Assembly (NCBI GenBank): GCA_038087875.1
Contig: CM075977.1
Span: forward strand, 356,128,001 to 356,192,000
Direction: 5' to 3'
Origin: Malacoraja senta
Lineage: Eukaryota
Length of the DNA: 64,000 bases
Shown here: positions 50,858 to 63,946 of the stretch, one piece after another
Numbering within the stretch: position 1 is the first letter of the stretch
How the letters are laid out: the number at the start of each line of letters is the position of its first letter
Position numbers and translations under genes: made by a program
The notes under the pieces: model-generated
Database searches by the model: none
Told to the model about the DNA's origin: nothing
What the model saw: the letters and a program-made list of their open reading frames with translations, nothing else

Positions 50858-53785
50858 ATGTCTCCGAAGAAGAAATGCAAAATTGTCAATCCAAATGCTC
50901 AGACTGGCATAGCTAGAGCTCACCTTGAAGTGGATTTTTCCATCATGCCCGAGTCTAAGAGGGATCTTAAAAAGGGACACATCTTGTACTTGCATACCTC
51001 GTTTGCAAAAAATCTGTCTGAAACTGAGAGACGGTTGAGTTCACATTTCTCTTTGTCGGATGCAGAAGGCTATTCATTTGGTACTGTTAACTCAAGGATG
51101 AGGACTCTCGGGAACCGGACTTTGCTTAAGTTTAAAAAACTCAGCAATCCCAAGGAACTTGGAACAGTTATGAAAATTTGTGATGAAACTTTTAAACTTC
51201 CAGAAGGCAGTCAACACATTTCTTTAGATGACATTCCACCGCCTGGTGCTCAAGATCCTGAATCCTTGACATCAGCCGAAAGTCAAGTGCCCATATTTCA
51301 AGACACGGAGGACATGGGCAATGACAGTCATAGTCTGCATCCTCCACTGAATCTGGCAACGCCAGCGACAGCTGCTGCCTCTTCTGAACCAATGCCATCG
51401 ACATCTAGTTGTTTCAACAAGATGTAGCAGAGAACTTCTAAGTCTTACACCAAGGAAACAGAAAATGAAAAGACTAAACTTTCTGTCCACATCCAAGGTC
51501 GCTCTTACACTAAAGTATCGCACAAAGATCAGTGAACATAGGGCACAGTTGAAAACTCCCAAATGTGTAGTTAATCAAGCCTTAAAGAGAAAGCAAAACC
51601 AAATAGATTTAAAGGACAGAAAGATTCAGGAACTCACAACCAAATTACATGGGAATACTTTGGCACGAGAGCTTGCTGAAACCAAGGCAGAGTTTTTGAG
51701 ACTTAAAAAAGCACACAGACAATGGCTCAAGTTTCGTGGCAGTAAGAAAGAGGAAAACTGTTTCAATTCACCAGTACAGAAAAGTTCATGGAAAAACTAA
51801 AGGACTGGGAAGAGGATGTGAGACGCCACGAATTTGACAATCTTGTCCAAAGAAACAATCGAAACTCTGGAGGCTGCCAGTATTGTCAAGTCAAAGGTGG
51901 ACCAGAAGACTTACTCCTCAACAACAAGGATGCATTTGTTTGACTGTATTGTAAACAAAACTCCCACAGCAAACATTCCAATCCTGATAAGCCAGTTCTA
52001 CAAGCGGAGTTGACTTAATCTGGATTGTGTTCCTCGACGCAGTGCAGTTGAAGTTCTGGCCCGAGAATTGGGAGCTATTGCTGAGTTGCAGACAGCAGAG
52101 ATGATCCTAGCAACAAAGGATTTGACTGTTGGTTTTGATGCAACCACCCAAGAAGAGACCCATATTAACAGTGTACTCTTCACCACCACAAATGAATGTC
52201 TTTCTGCAGCAGTCGATGAATTGGCTGGTGGGACTGCTGAGGACTATGCGCAACATATATTTGCGATACTGTTGACAATGTGTAAAACGTACACGTATTT
52301 CAATGAGCAAGCGGATAGCCAAGACACCAGGCAAAAGATAATAGACAACATTACAAATACACTGAGTGACAGGTGTGCAGCTAATCATGCTGCTATTAGG
52401 ATTGTGAACAGTGAGTGGGGTAAATCTTTGAATGAGCTCCACTGCCACTTGCATCCTCTTGACTCCATCGCAACATCAGCTCGCTCAGCCCTCAAAATGC
52501 ACAAACAATCCAGAGGAAAATTCTTGTTTGGGAAAGACTGTCTAGCAGTAAATGTCATACTGCAGATGAACAAACTTCGGTACAAGAATGGAAAAGGGGA
52601 CCCAAAAGGATTTGTTGCAATTTTGGATGAAAGGAACATCCCCAGAGTTGTCCTCCCATGGTACCGTGGCAACAGATTACATATACTTTTCCATATTAGT
52701 GGCAAGCTCATAGAACATTATGATGACTTTGTTACCCTGCTGAATAGCGGAACATCCTGTGGGGGGTTGAGAAGCGCCATCCTCTATGACTTCACCCAGG
52801 CTGAAGCAAAAGTAGAACTTCAGATATTAGGCTTACTTGGCAAATATCTGACTGGGCCTTGGATGAAGCGCTTCTACACTTCAAGCCAGAATCAGATCAA
52901 CCACGCTGATGGCATCAAAGTGGTTAAAGGGGTGATTGCTGCTCTAAAGGAAGCCACAGAAAATCCAGAGAACTTGATATTGGCAAGGGAAGATTTCTTC
53001 AGTGAGGAGACGCATCTTGATGCCACTTTGACAAAACTTCGGGAGCTACCAGCACATCCACAGTTCAAAGATGAGGAGCTGTCTTCAAGCTGTCATCACT
53101 GTATTGGAAAGGCAGTATAGTAAATACTTTGAATTTGATGTAACTGAGAAACTGAAGGAGGAGACTGCACCAGCAAGATCACACATTGATGTGGAGGAGA
53201 TAATGGGGATGTTTAGCTCATCGAAACAGAAATCTCCCAATGCCACCATGTGTTATTTGTCATGTAGAATGCGGACCTGCAAGAATAGAACAGTCAACTT
53301 CCTTGATAATCTCGAGGAGCAACGTAGAGAGGAGGTGCTCTGTAAGGCAGTGACATGTGGGAGAGTGCAGAGGAACAGACGGAAGTAAAAACAGAAGGAA
53401 TTGGGAGCAGAAATCATCAAGGGACAGAAAGACAAGGAGCATGCTCGGGACACGAAAGAGAGGAAAAGACTAGGAAAAAAAATTGAAAGAGACCGATTTA
53501 AACAGCATTCACAGAGATTATCCGAATTTGGACTACTCCAAATGTGATGATCTACAGGACATTCTTAATGGGAAAGTAGTGGGCAGAAAGGCATGTCATG
53601 TGTGGTTTGAAGAGCAAAAACTTGTAGTTTACAATGCCAAAATTGAAAAGTTGAGGAAAAACAAGGTGTACAGAGTTGCATATTGGTTGCAATCTGAGGA
53701 GTATGATGATGCTACTGATTATGATATGCCAATGTACCAGCTAGCAGCTGATCTTCTCCATAAAGACTTGCTAGAAATTTGCTAG
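50858..53785 (+). pseudogene. hAT-like DDE transposase, frameshifted (roughly 950 codons)
   Basis: MSPKKK start after a tttgaacAG acceptor; GFDATT (D1), LSDR (D2), CHLH (CxxH), YRGNRLHILF, DVEEIMGMFS (E); spread over five or more ORF pieces. Confidence 0.8.
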
Positions 53786-55339
53786 AAATTTGTAATTTTG
53801 CTAGTAATTGTAATTTCTTTACCTATCTGTTACGGACTTACAGCATAAAATACAATAATATTAAAGTTCTCATCTTGAGAATATCACATTTTTTAATTTT
53901 CAAGGCAGTCTCGGTGTTTATTACTATTTCCGTCACAACGGTCAATTTTGTAATTAGCTAGAATTAGGTAACTAACTAATTATATGCTTTAATTTCAGGT
54001 CATCCAAGTAATGTTTCATGTTTGTTTTAGAATGCTTTAATCTATAATAACTGAAAATTCCATTCAGTTCTCTTAATTTTTAAGAAAGTTATGGGCTTTT
54101 ATGTCAATTGACTGTCCTCGATCACAGCTTTTGTGTTAAGTTAATGGAAAAGCAATAGGGAACAAGATGTTAATTTCCGAGTATGAAAATGACCATAACT
54201 TTGTTAATACTGAAGATATGAAAGTGAATTAGGTATCAAATTAAAGTTATTTTATGCTTTATTTGATGGGATAAATTACAGGCTTGATTTTTAAAATCTC
54301 AAAATTTTGTAACATTCCTACTGTTAGTTGCAATATCAGCAACACACCAGCTTCAGCAGACGTCAACACTGTGAGTACCTCACATCTGATAACATTCATC
54401 TCCTCAGCTTAGGATAGCCCTAAAGAAAAAATGCCTAAGAATCTGAAAGGCATATCATGGAAAACAGTGGTCTCCAAAGCTTTCTGATGCCGCAATAAAA
54501 GCCATAGAAGAGACACTGCAGTAAGTAATGGGGCAACAATTTTAAAATCTGTGTTATACGTGGAATAGCTCAGGTTCAGGAATAGCAGCGGCTCCATGGA
54601 GCTCCAGTTCCAAAACCATTCTCCAAAGTCTTCTGCAATCTACTCAATGAAAGTCAGCAACCTTTCACCAGGCAAGCTGCAACCACAGGAGCAGCATCAA
54701 ACAGGAGAATGTTTAGATAAACACACAGATAAGGAGCAGTGTACAGGAAATCATTCGGGTATATAGTTGACGCCTATTCATTTAAGTTATAGATATGCTT
54801 TTAAATGTCAGTTTTATGCTGATGAAACCTGAGCTGGTCAGGAAATGGTGATGTGTAGAACTGTTGTTAAGTGGGGAATGCGGGTTGTGGCAATCGATGG
54901 TGAACTCAGATGAGTTACACATGTTCACGCAGGCAGTAAAGGGCTGTCTAATTCTCCTCCTGGCTTCTTCTTTCTCCTCCATGCTTGTGATTCTAAGTTG
55001 CTTATCATAGTTGGCAATAAAGATGGCTTCCAGTTGAGTTGTTTGCTCTCTGCTCATGTTTATATCATGCTAAAAAATGTGCTGTCCAGCATGAGTGACA
55101 ACAATAACATGAAAAAACAATATTTTGAATCTCAAGGATAGCTGCAAAACCCTAAAAAAACAGAGCCAATGATTCCAATTGCTCACAGTGTGTCAACATT
55201 GTCAAATAAACTATCACCATTCATCCATAAGTATTGTCATTTAAAGATGTAGCAGTGAATGGGCTCACGGCAAAGACTGTCATGTGGTCATGCATATGCT
55301 TAGAGCTCAGAATCGTCAAAACTTCCTCAACTGACATGT

Positions 55340-55640
55340 ATGATCCTTTCCTTCATGTCCCCTTCCAAATATATCCCTCCCTCTGGATTCACATTTAACT
55401 GCTCTTCTCTCCTTCTCTGACTCTTTCGTCACTTTCATCCCTTTGTCCTACCATCTGCCAACCAACCCTCTCACCTGTATCCACCTATCACTTGCCACAC
55501 TTTGTCCCACCCCCATCTGTATCCCAGTTTTGTCCCTTGTACTAGTCAGTCTGAAGAAGGGTCTGACCCCAAATGTCACCTGTCCACATCCTCCAGAGGT
55601 GCTGCCTGACTAAGTTACTCCAGCACGTTTGTGCTTTTTA
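55340..55640 (+). repeat. Penelope-type 3' region with hammerhead-like core
   Basis: Pyrimidine-rich ctcacctgtatccacctatcac tract followed by cagtctgaagaagggtctgaccccaaatgtcacc. Confidence 0.6.
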
Positions 55641-55809
55641 ATAAAAACACATGTCTGCTATGTGCACTGTCACTAATAGCCATGATCCAGATTGTACTCC
55701 AGTTGCCCTCAGGCAGGCTCCAAATGTTCTCCCCATGGAGCACCTTGCTTAAATCGTCTCTTTACTAGTTAGAGTAGATGCCTCGTAAAAATAGGAACAG
55801 CGGAAATTG

Positions 55810-56215
55810 GTTATTCTTAGACTGCCTCTCGGGATTGAGAATGATTTTTGTTTCTCTCACTCCGGTTTCCTGAGGTGGCCAATGAGGCCAATGTTAGATC
55901 TGCAGGCTCTTCCACAGATGAGGAGGGTGATGGCAAGAAGCAAGGGCTGGGTAATTTGTGAGGTGGTTTGCTTGGACCAGTGCTTCAAACACATGATCTC
56001 AAGATATCAAATACCATCCCAAATGTGCCTTCTCCACTTTCAGTTCTCTTGGCCAGTGATTTCCAGGATTCAGTGGGAAATATTGCAGTTTTTCAAGGAA
56101 GCTTTGTGCACATTGTTGAATCTTTTCCTATCTCCCTACTAATTCCCTCCCATTACATTGTTCAGAATGGCATGTCTTTTTCAGGAATCTGGTGTTTGGC
56201 ATTCAAATAGCATGA
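55810..56215 (-). mobile_element. RTE LINE 3' end
   Basis: RKRFNNVHKASLKNCNI..ESWKSLA...ICGRACRSNIGLIGHLR zinc motif. Confidence 0.75.
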
Positions 56216-56264
56216 CCTGTTTAACATAATGTACTGTGTACAGCAGTATGCTCAATATCAGGGA

Positions 56265-56580
56265 TATGTAGGAAGGAAACCAAAGATAGACACAAAAAGC
56301 TGGGTGACTTTTCGTCACCTATTCCTTCGCTCCATAGATGTTGCCTCACCCGCTGAGTTTCTCCAGCATTTTTGTCTACCTTCGATTTTTCCCGCATCTG
56401 CAGTTCTTTCTTAAACACAAAAAGCTGGAGTCACTCAGCGGGTCAGACAGCATCTCTGAAGAAAATAAATAGGTGACATTTGAGGTCGACACCGTTCTTC
56501 AGACTGAGAGTCAGGGGAAAGGGAAACAAGAGATATAGATGGTGATCTAGAACAAATGAATGAAAGATATGCAAAATTAT
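56265..56580. repeat. Compound Penelope-derived repeats in both orientations
   Basis: Palindrome at 56265-56415 followed by a further arm with a minus-strand core at ~56473-56503. Confidence 0.7.
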
Positions 56581-58429
56581 ACTAGGGATGTTGACCTGGG
56601 AGAAGATACTGACATTGATTTGTTTGTCATTCCACGGAATTTGAATGTGTTCCTCGACATAATTGCTGTCTTTTTCCAGTTTTTAAATAACCACCAATGC
56701 AACAGAATAGCAGAAATGATTGCACTGCACAAGGCATATTTAATATGATTATCCAATTCTCAATTAATTTTATGAACTAATGATTTTCCTTCCTATATCT
56801 TAGAATCTACGACATTTTAACCATAATCGCTAGATCAGTTGGCTTGCAAAGTAAAATGATACACAACACGTTACTAAATGGGAGATTTCATATTATTAAT
56901 TTTCACACTCATTCTAATAAAATCTGAAACATTTTGAAAATAAGCCATAGTTAAAAGACATTCATACAAAAGACTGGCTTTTTCAGCCAATGATACATTT
57001 CACATTGGCTAGTCGGTTACTTAACCAATAGAACCTGATGAAATGCCACAAATAGTCATTAGTGACTAACCATTAAACATTAAAAAAAATTCTATCCTAA
57101 TCTGGATCACTTTAAAATCTTATTTATGGCTCATTTTGCATCCAAGATAGGATCAAGAGCACCTCAGATAATTAACAATGCCAGCACTTCTTTTTCACAC
57201 TTAATGATTAGGGAATGGATATATTCATGTATCTCTTAATGAGGTCTAGCATTCAATGATGGCTAATTACTTTTGACACTCCTACACTGTTTTTCCTTAC
57301 ATTAAAAGAAAACCGAAATTAGTCCAGATGCAAGACTAGTCCATTGTACAAAAGATATTAACACCTTCCTGCCTAGGTGTTCTACAATGGTGTGAAAGCA
57401 AGCCACTCAGCTGATAATTAAAAATGTGCGCAGAGAAGATGGAAAGAGACATTAAGCAATGGCAGTCTGAGAATGTAATCCTGTTGCACAAACATAAAAT
57501 GAGTAGTAAAACTCCTTTTCATCACATTTTCAACTGTGTGGACATTAAAAACAAATATATTAATTGCGTTCAGTAACAGAATTTGACACTGAAGTCAATG
57601 GAGTGTTAATTTAGATAGTAACAACTAGCCAAAAAGATTCTCAATTCAACAATTCTCAAGACTTTGCTTCCCTTTCATTTAAGTGGAGAATGAAAGGTAT
57701 ACCCTCCTTACCACTTGGATCTCTGCTATCCCATCAATTGCTTCAGATCTTTCAGATAATTACCTTTGTACAAATTCAGTAGCAACTAACATTCTGACAT
57801 GATCTGACATTTTACAATAGTCTAGTCTCTAGAATACGTTTTTCTATTACCGTGGGCTAGTTGACTCAATTCCACATTGTCAAGTTATTCCTTCATATTA
57901 CGTCACTGAATTGCATCATCATTTCTCACTTTTGTAGCAGTATCCAATCCAATATAGTAAACAACATGATAAATATAAATCCAATTACATGACAGTACAA
58001 AGATATAATACAACAGGAATAATGAAGATTTGTTGACAGAAATGAACACGATTGAATGATGTATGTATTTATGTCGAAAGAAAAACATGAAATATTAGCT
58101 CACAGGTTAAAGAATTTATATCCGAGCTGAAATTGATGTTATGTGACACAGAAAAATATGAAGCAACCTCCCTACTGTTCTTCAGCATAGTGACTGGCTG
58201 CTGGGAGAGGGGTGCATCAATTAAGTGGATTTCACTCTATTTCTTACAAGGAGCTCAGGATCCAATTAAAGTCAACGGTACATGACGTTTTATCCGCTTC
58301 AGAGTATGGCAGAGAAATCAAATCATCAGCACCTGCGGATATCGTTCCCTCTGCTGCAGATTTTGACTCAATTTAATGCATTTAATTGAAATCATGGTCC
58401 AATTTTAAGTTCAAATCTGTGGTCCAAAG

Positions 58430-58700
58430 TCATACAGTGTGGAAACAGGCCCTTCGGCCCAACTTGCCCACACTGGCCAACATGTCACAGCTACACTAGT
58501 CCCACCTGCATGCGCTTGGTCCATATCCCTCCAAACTTGTCCTATCCAAGTACCTGTCTAACAGTTTCTTAAGCGTTGGGATAGTCCCAGCCTCAACTAC
58601 CTCCTCTGGCAGCTTGTTCCACACACCCACCACCCTTTGTCACCCCTCAGTTTCCTATTAAATCGTTTCCCCTTCACCTTGAACCTTTGTACTCTGGGCA
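58430..58700 (-). mobile_element. CR1 3' end
   Basis: Reverse complement of 18010-18281. Confidence 0.85.
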
Positions 58701-59139
58701 CTCCCCAGATTCCCCTACTTTTGGTCCATTAGCGGATCAAAATCAGATTCCAGTTTGGGCACTAACTTGGGTCACTTTTACCTTTCAACAGTTGACTTGG
58801 GTTCATTTACATGGGGAGGAAAAAACTGAGGAAGAAATTATTTCTCGCCAATGAGATGTTTAAATAACAAAATTAAACGTGGCCAGCACTCTTCAGTTAG
58901 GTTCACCGGGAAAAGGAAAAGCATTATTTGGACAACATACAAGAGTGTCATCATTCAACTACAACCAAATGCCAGAAAGTCAAGAAAGAACATACAAAAA
59001 TTGGTAAGGAAAACAGATCCCAACTTAATAATTGAAGGACAGATATCAGTCTGTAAGTGTTTATTAAAATAATTAATGTTTATTTCATCTACCATATTGT
59101 AGCACAAAGTAGTATTCACCTTTACCTTCTCCCTTACCT

Positions 59140-59480
59140 TCATCCAGTGACCCCAGCAGTCCTTCTAGGTACGACAGAGGTTCATGTGCTCTCCTTAAAC
59201 CTCATCTACTGCATCTGTTGTGCCCGATGTGGCCATCTATACATTGGCGAGACCAAGCGTAGACGTGGCGAGTGATTTGCCAAACACATGCACTTGTCCA
59301 CCAAGGCCTACTGGATATCCCGGTTGCTAACCATTTTAACTTTTCTTCTTATTCCCATACTGACCTTTCTGTCCTGAGCCTCCTCCATTGCTGGGGTAAG
59401 GCCACTGCAAACTAATCTGCTTTGGAAGCTTATAACCCAACTGTATGACCATTGAATTCTCCAATTTTAGGTAACTTCAA
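59140..59480 (+). mobile_element. Penelope-like element GIY-YIG endonuclease fragment
   Basis: NLIYCICCARCGHLYIGETKRRRGE*FAKH...PVANHFN. Confidence 0.85.
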
Positions 59481-60164
59481 CACACTACCCACTTCCCAGT
59501 GCCCCACCTGGACACCCCTCCCCCTACCTTTCCTCCATCATTCCTTCCATCTTATTTTTGTAAACCAGCATCTGCATTTCCCTTTTCCAGCATTCACCTA
59601 CATTGTTTCAACACTATGCATAATCAGTCCATTCACTTTTCAGATGCAATCCACCTAGTAAAAATTGTCTTCCATAGACAGAATCAAATCTATTCACTTT
59701 TCGATTTCATCTGTAAATTTTACATATTCAAGATAATTTGGGATTTATGATGCAAAACTGGAGTAGGAAGAGGTTTAAGATGCCCCAAAATACTCCTGGC
59801 AGGTCCTGGATGCAGCTGGGAATCCATCTGGGCTGAGACACAAGAAGGGTTTCGTCCCGGAACGTAACCCATTCCTTCTCTCCAGAGATGTCTGAATGTC
59901 TGTTTTTATTTCAATTACTAGACCTATTTTAAATATGGTAATTTTAATTTTTAAAGCTATATGTATTTATTCTGTTTTTATTAACTGCACTGACGGGAAC
60001 TGATTAAGAAACAATTTTTCGTTTCATCTGTGTATGTAAGTACTCAGTTAAAATGACATTAAAGTAAATACTGAAATACTGAGATGCTGCCTGACCCGCT
60101 GAATTATTCCAGCATTTTGTGTCTACTATCCATCTGGGCTGGTTGCTTTCCGTGCTGCGCCATG

Positions 60165-61580
60165 CACGGCAATGGCCTACTGCCACACCAGGTCCACAGG
60201 CGACACTATCACCCTGCCCCTACACTCAATCCCGGAACATCTGGATAACAAGGACACAAATACTAGAATCCTATTTATTGACTATAGCTCGGTCTTCAAC
60301 ACCGTAATTCCAAACCAACAAATTTCCAAAATCCTGGACCTAAGACACAGCACTCTCCTTTGCCTCTGGATCTTCGACTTCCTGATCCCAATCAGTCAGG
60401 ACAGGTGACAAAACCTCCTCCATGATAATAAGCGAGTTTGGTATTCCAACTGTGCATGCCCAGGTCATAGGTTACAAGCAATAAAAACTCTCGGCAGCCG
60501 TGCCGCTGCGTGGACACAGACCTGCGCCTCATCTACAGCCAGGATCGATCCCGGGTCACCGGCGCCGCAATCGCTGCCGAACCACTGGGCTGGTGACCTT
60601 TGACAAATCCCATGATTCCTTGCATTTTTCGGAATACCGAACTCGGTTATTCTCAACGTCATGATAATTCTCAAAACCACTGTCCAAGTCCATTTACAGA
60701 TGCCACCACCGTACTGGGCCAGATCTCAAAGAATTACGAGGCAGAGTTCAGGAAGGGAATAGAGAGCTCAGTAACTTGGTGTCAAGACAACTATCACTCC
60801 CTCAATGTCAGAAAAACAAAGAAGCTAGTTATTGTATTCAGGAAACAGGTGGCATACATGCCCCAGGCAACATCTAAGGTGCTAATGTGGAGATACTTAA
60901 GAGCCTCAAGTTCTTAAGAGGTTTAATATTTTTTTGTAAGAGGCGGAAATATCACCAACAATTTGTCATGGTCTAACTTTCTCAAATACTGAGGAAATTC
61001 AACATGTCTCAATGACTCTTACTGATTTCTACAGATGCACCATAGAAAGCATCATATTGGGATGCAACAGCATGGTAACTGCTCTGCTGCAATACATTAA
61101 GAGAGATGAGGATGCAGTCCAGTACATCACGTCTAATCACCTCCCCTTAATCGATGCCATCTACACTTCATTCTAACATAATCAAGGACCCCCCCCCCAC
61201 ACCCCCATCCTTCCCCCCATCCCCAATCTCCCTTGATCATTCCCTCTTCCCTTTCCCATCAGACAAAATATACAAAAGCTTGAAGGCACGTACCATCAGA
61301 TTCAGGAAGAGCTTCCACCCTGCCGTTATCAGAATATTAAATGGACCTCTCATAAACAGACGCGAGGTCCCAATCTCCCAATTTACCACGTGTGGTCCTT
61401 CAGAGTTTCTTTTTAATCTGCACTTTCTTTGTAGCTGTAACACCATATTCTTCACACTATTTTTGTCTTTGCACTACCTGTTATTCATGTAGTTTGATTC
61501 ATGTGTGGCATTTGGCTGCAAAGCACACAAAACAAAGTTTCTCACTATGTCTCGGTGCACGAGACTGTAATAAACGATTA
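60165..61580 (+). mobile_element. Degraded Rex1/Babar RT to 3'UTR with a short GC-rich insertion at ~60430-60670
   Basis: AYCHTRSTGD, RILFIDYSSVFNTVIP, FTDATTVLG, YKSLKARTIRFRKSF. Confidence 0.75.
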
Positions 61581-61747
61581 TGTTCTTGAACTGCATTGTG
61601 TTTTGAATCAACTCTGTGAGAATCACATTTGGGGTTTTGACTGCACACGTGCCAAGAAAACAATTTCCATAATGTTGGTTTCTTAGCATTAATCAACTTC
61701 TCTGGTCATTTCTCAGTTGAATCATTATGCTGGCCGGCAGCTTTGTA

Positions 61748-62623
61748 GGGCCGGCAGCTTTGTGCTCATTCACCTTGCTCAGTGCATCTTGTACAGCAGA
61801 GGTGGAGAGACTGAGGGGTTGTTCGTTCGGGGGTGGAGCAACTTTGATGGCTGGAGTTTTGTTGTCCCGGTCGAAGCGAGCATAGAAGTGGTTTAGCTCG
61901 TCAGGAAGGGAGGCGTTATCTGGGGGTGGTGTTAACTTTATGGTAATCGGCAATGGATTTGATTCCTTGCCACATGCGCCTAGGGTCGGAGTTGTTTTGG
62001 AAATGCTCCTCGATCCGCCGTTTGTGATTGTTTAGCATTCCTAATTCCCCTTTTCAGATTGGCCCTGGATGAGCTGTATCCCTCAGCGTCGCCAGATCTG
62101 AAAGAGGCATCGCGAGCCTTCAGCAGGAGTCTGACCTCCCTGCTCATCCACGGCTTCTGGTTAGGGAAGGTCTTTATCTCTTTGTGGGTAGTGACGTTGT
62201 CAGTGCAGAATTTTATATAGTCCAAGACGGTTGAGGTGTATGAGTCGATGTCCACTTGGGAGTCAAGGGTGGCCTGGGTGGCAAACAGACTCCAGTCTGT
62301 TTGCTGAAACTGTTCCTGTAAACCAGAGACAGCCCCCTCAGGCCAAACCTTCACTGTCTTCACGGTAGGTTTCACACGTCTGATCCGAGGTGTGTATTTG
62401 GGGAGCAGGAACAGAGAGAGGTGGTCAGACTGTCCCAGGTGGGGGAGGGGGAGGGCTTTGTAGGCCTCAGTAATATTAGTATATACTAAGTCCAGAGTAT
62501 TGTTTCCTCTGGTTGGACAGGAGACATGCTGGTGAAATCTGGGGAGTACAGTTTTAAGGTTGGAGTGGTTAAAATCACCCGCAACAATAAAAGCCCCCTC
62601 TGGGTGTGCAGTTAGTTGTTTGC
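61748..62623 (-). mobile_element. Inverted 5' segment of a Rex1/Babar LINE (APE endonuclease C-terminus and linker)
   Basis: [14 protein letters not shown]...CPTRGNNTLD...HLGQSDH...NQKPWMSREVR...ELNHFYARFD...KAAGP. Confidence 0.9.
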
Positions 62624-63946
62624 ATCCCCGGGCGGGTGCTCAGGGCATGTGCTGGACAACTATCCATGGTCTTCACTGACATTTTCAATCTGTCACTGGC
62701 CCAGGGTGTCGTCCCCACTTGCCTCAAGACATCAACCACTGTGCCAGTGCCCAAACAATCAGCTACAGGGTGTCTCAACGACTTCCGCCCAGTGGCACTC
62801 ACCCCTGTCATTGCAAAGTGCTTTGAGCGGCTGATCCTGGCTCACCTCAAAGCCAGCCTCCCCCCCACACTGGACCCCCATCAGTTTGCCTACCGGACCA
62901 ACAGGTCTACAGAGGACGCCATATCGGCGGCCCTACACTCTGCCCTGACCCACCTGGACAGCAATAATACCTACATCAGGCTGCTGTTTATTGATTTCAG
63001 CTCCGCCTTTAACACTGCCATCCCCGCTAGCTTGATCACCAAACTCAGCGGACTTGGCATCTCCACCTCCCTCTGCAATTGGACACTGGATTTCCTCACC
63101 AACAGACCACAGTCTGTTAGGGTCAACAACCTCACCTCCTCCACTATAACACTGAACACTGGCGTGCCACAGGGCTGTGTGCTCAGCCCTCTCCTCTACT
63201 CCCTCTTCACCCATGACTGCATCCCCAAGAATGGCTCCAACGCCATCATTAAATTTGCCGACGATACCATGGTGGTAGGACTGATCAGTGACAACGACGA
63301 GTCAGCCTACAGGGAGGAGGTCCAGCACCTGGCAGTCTGGTGTGCCAACAATAACCTCGTCCTCAACTCCATGAAGACAAAGGAAATTATTGTTGACTTC
63401 AGGAAGAACAGAGGGGGCAGACATACCCCCATACATATAAACGGGACTGAGGTGGAGCGCGTCTCCAACTACAAATTCCTCGGGGTACACATCTCGGAGG
63501 ATTTGTCCTGGTCCCTCAATACCTCCAAACTGATCAAGAAGGCACAGCAGCGCCTTTACTTCCTGAGGAGGCTCAAGAAAGCTCACCTGTCCCCCCAGAT
63601 CCTGACCAACTTTTACCGCTGTACCATCAAAAGCATCCTGACCACCTGCATCACGGTATGGTACAGTAGTTGCACGGTAGCTGACAGGAAGGCACTACAA
63701 CGGGTGGTGAAGACCTCTCAGTACATCATCGGTGCCCCGCTCCCTGCAATGGATGCCCTCCACCGAAAACGGGGTCTGAGACGGGCCGGGAAGATCATCA
63801 AGGACCCCTCCCACCCTAACCATGGACTGTTTGCCCTCCTCCCATCAGGGAGGCGGTACAGAAGCCTCAGGTCTCGTACAAGTAGGATGAGGAACAGCTT
63901 CTTCAACAACACTATCACATTGCTGAACTCGGAGTCCCGCCGATAG
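62622..63946 (+). CDS. Rex1/Babar reverse transcriptase, uninterrupted frame (5'-truncated by the inversion)
   Basis: [45 protein letters not shown]; 3'UTR runs off the window. Confidence 0.9.

Larger units (their letters stand above)
48230..54320 (+). mobile_element. Full-length hAT-superfamily DNA transposon, hATw-type (7-bp TSD)
   Basis: TIRs tagcgatgttacaaaa / ttttgtaacattccta (14/16 match); perfect TSD CTGTTAG at 48223-48229 and 54321-54327; DDE transposase inside. Confidence 0.85.

Noticed and set aside
50858-53785. Domesticated host gene
   Set aside because: Multiple frameshifts and stops plus intact TIRs and TSD indicate a decaying transposon copy
54782-55057. 91-aa minus-strand ORF after an AG acceptor
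   Set aside because: No recognisable domain or donor; could be chance or a decayed LINE end
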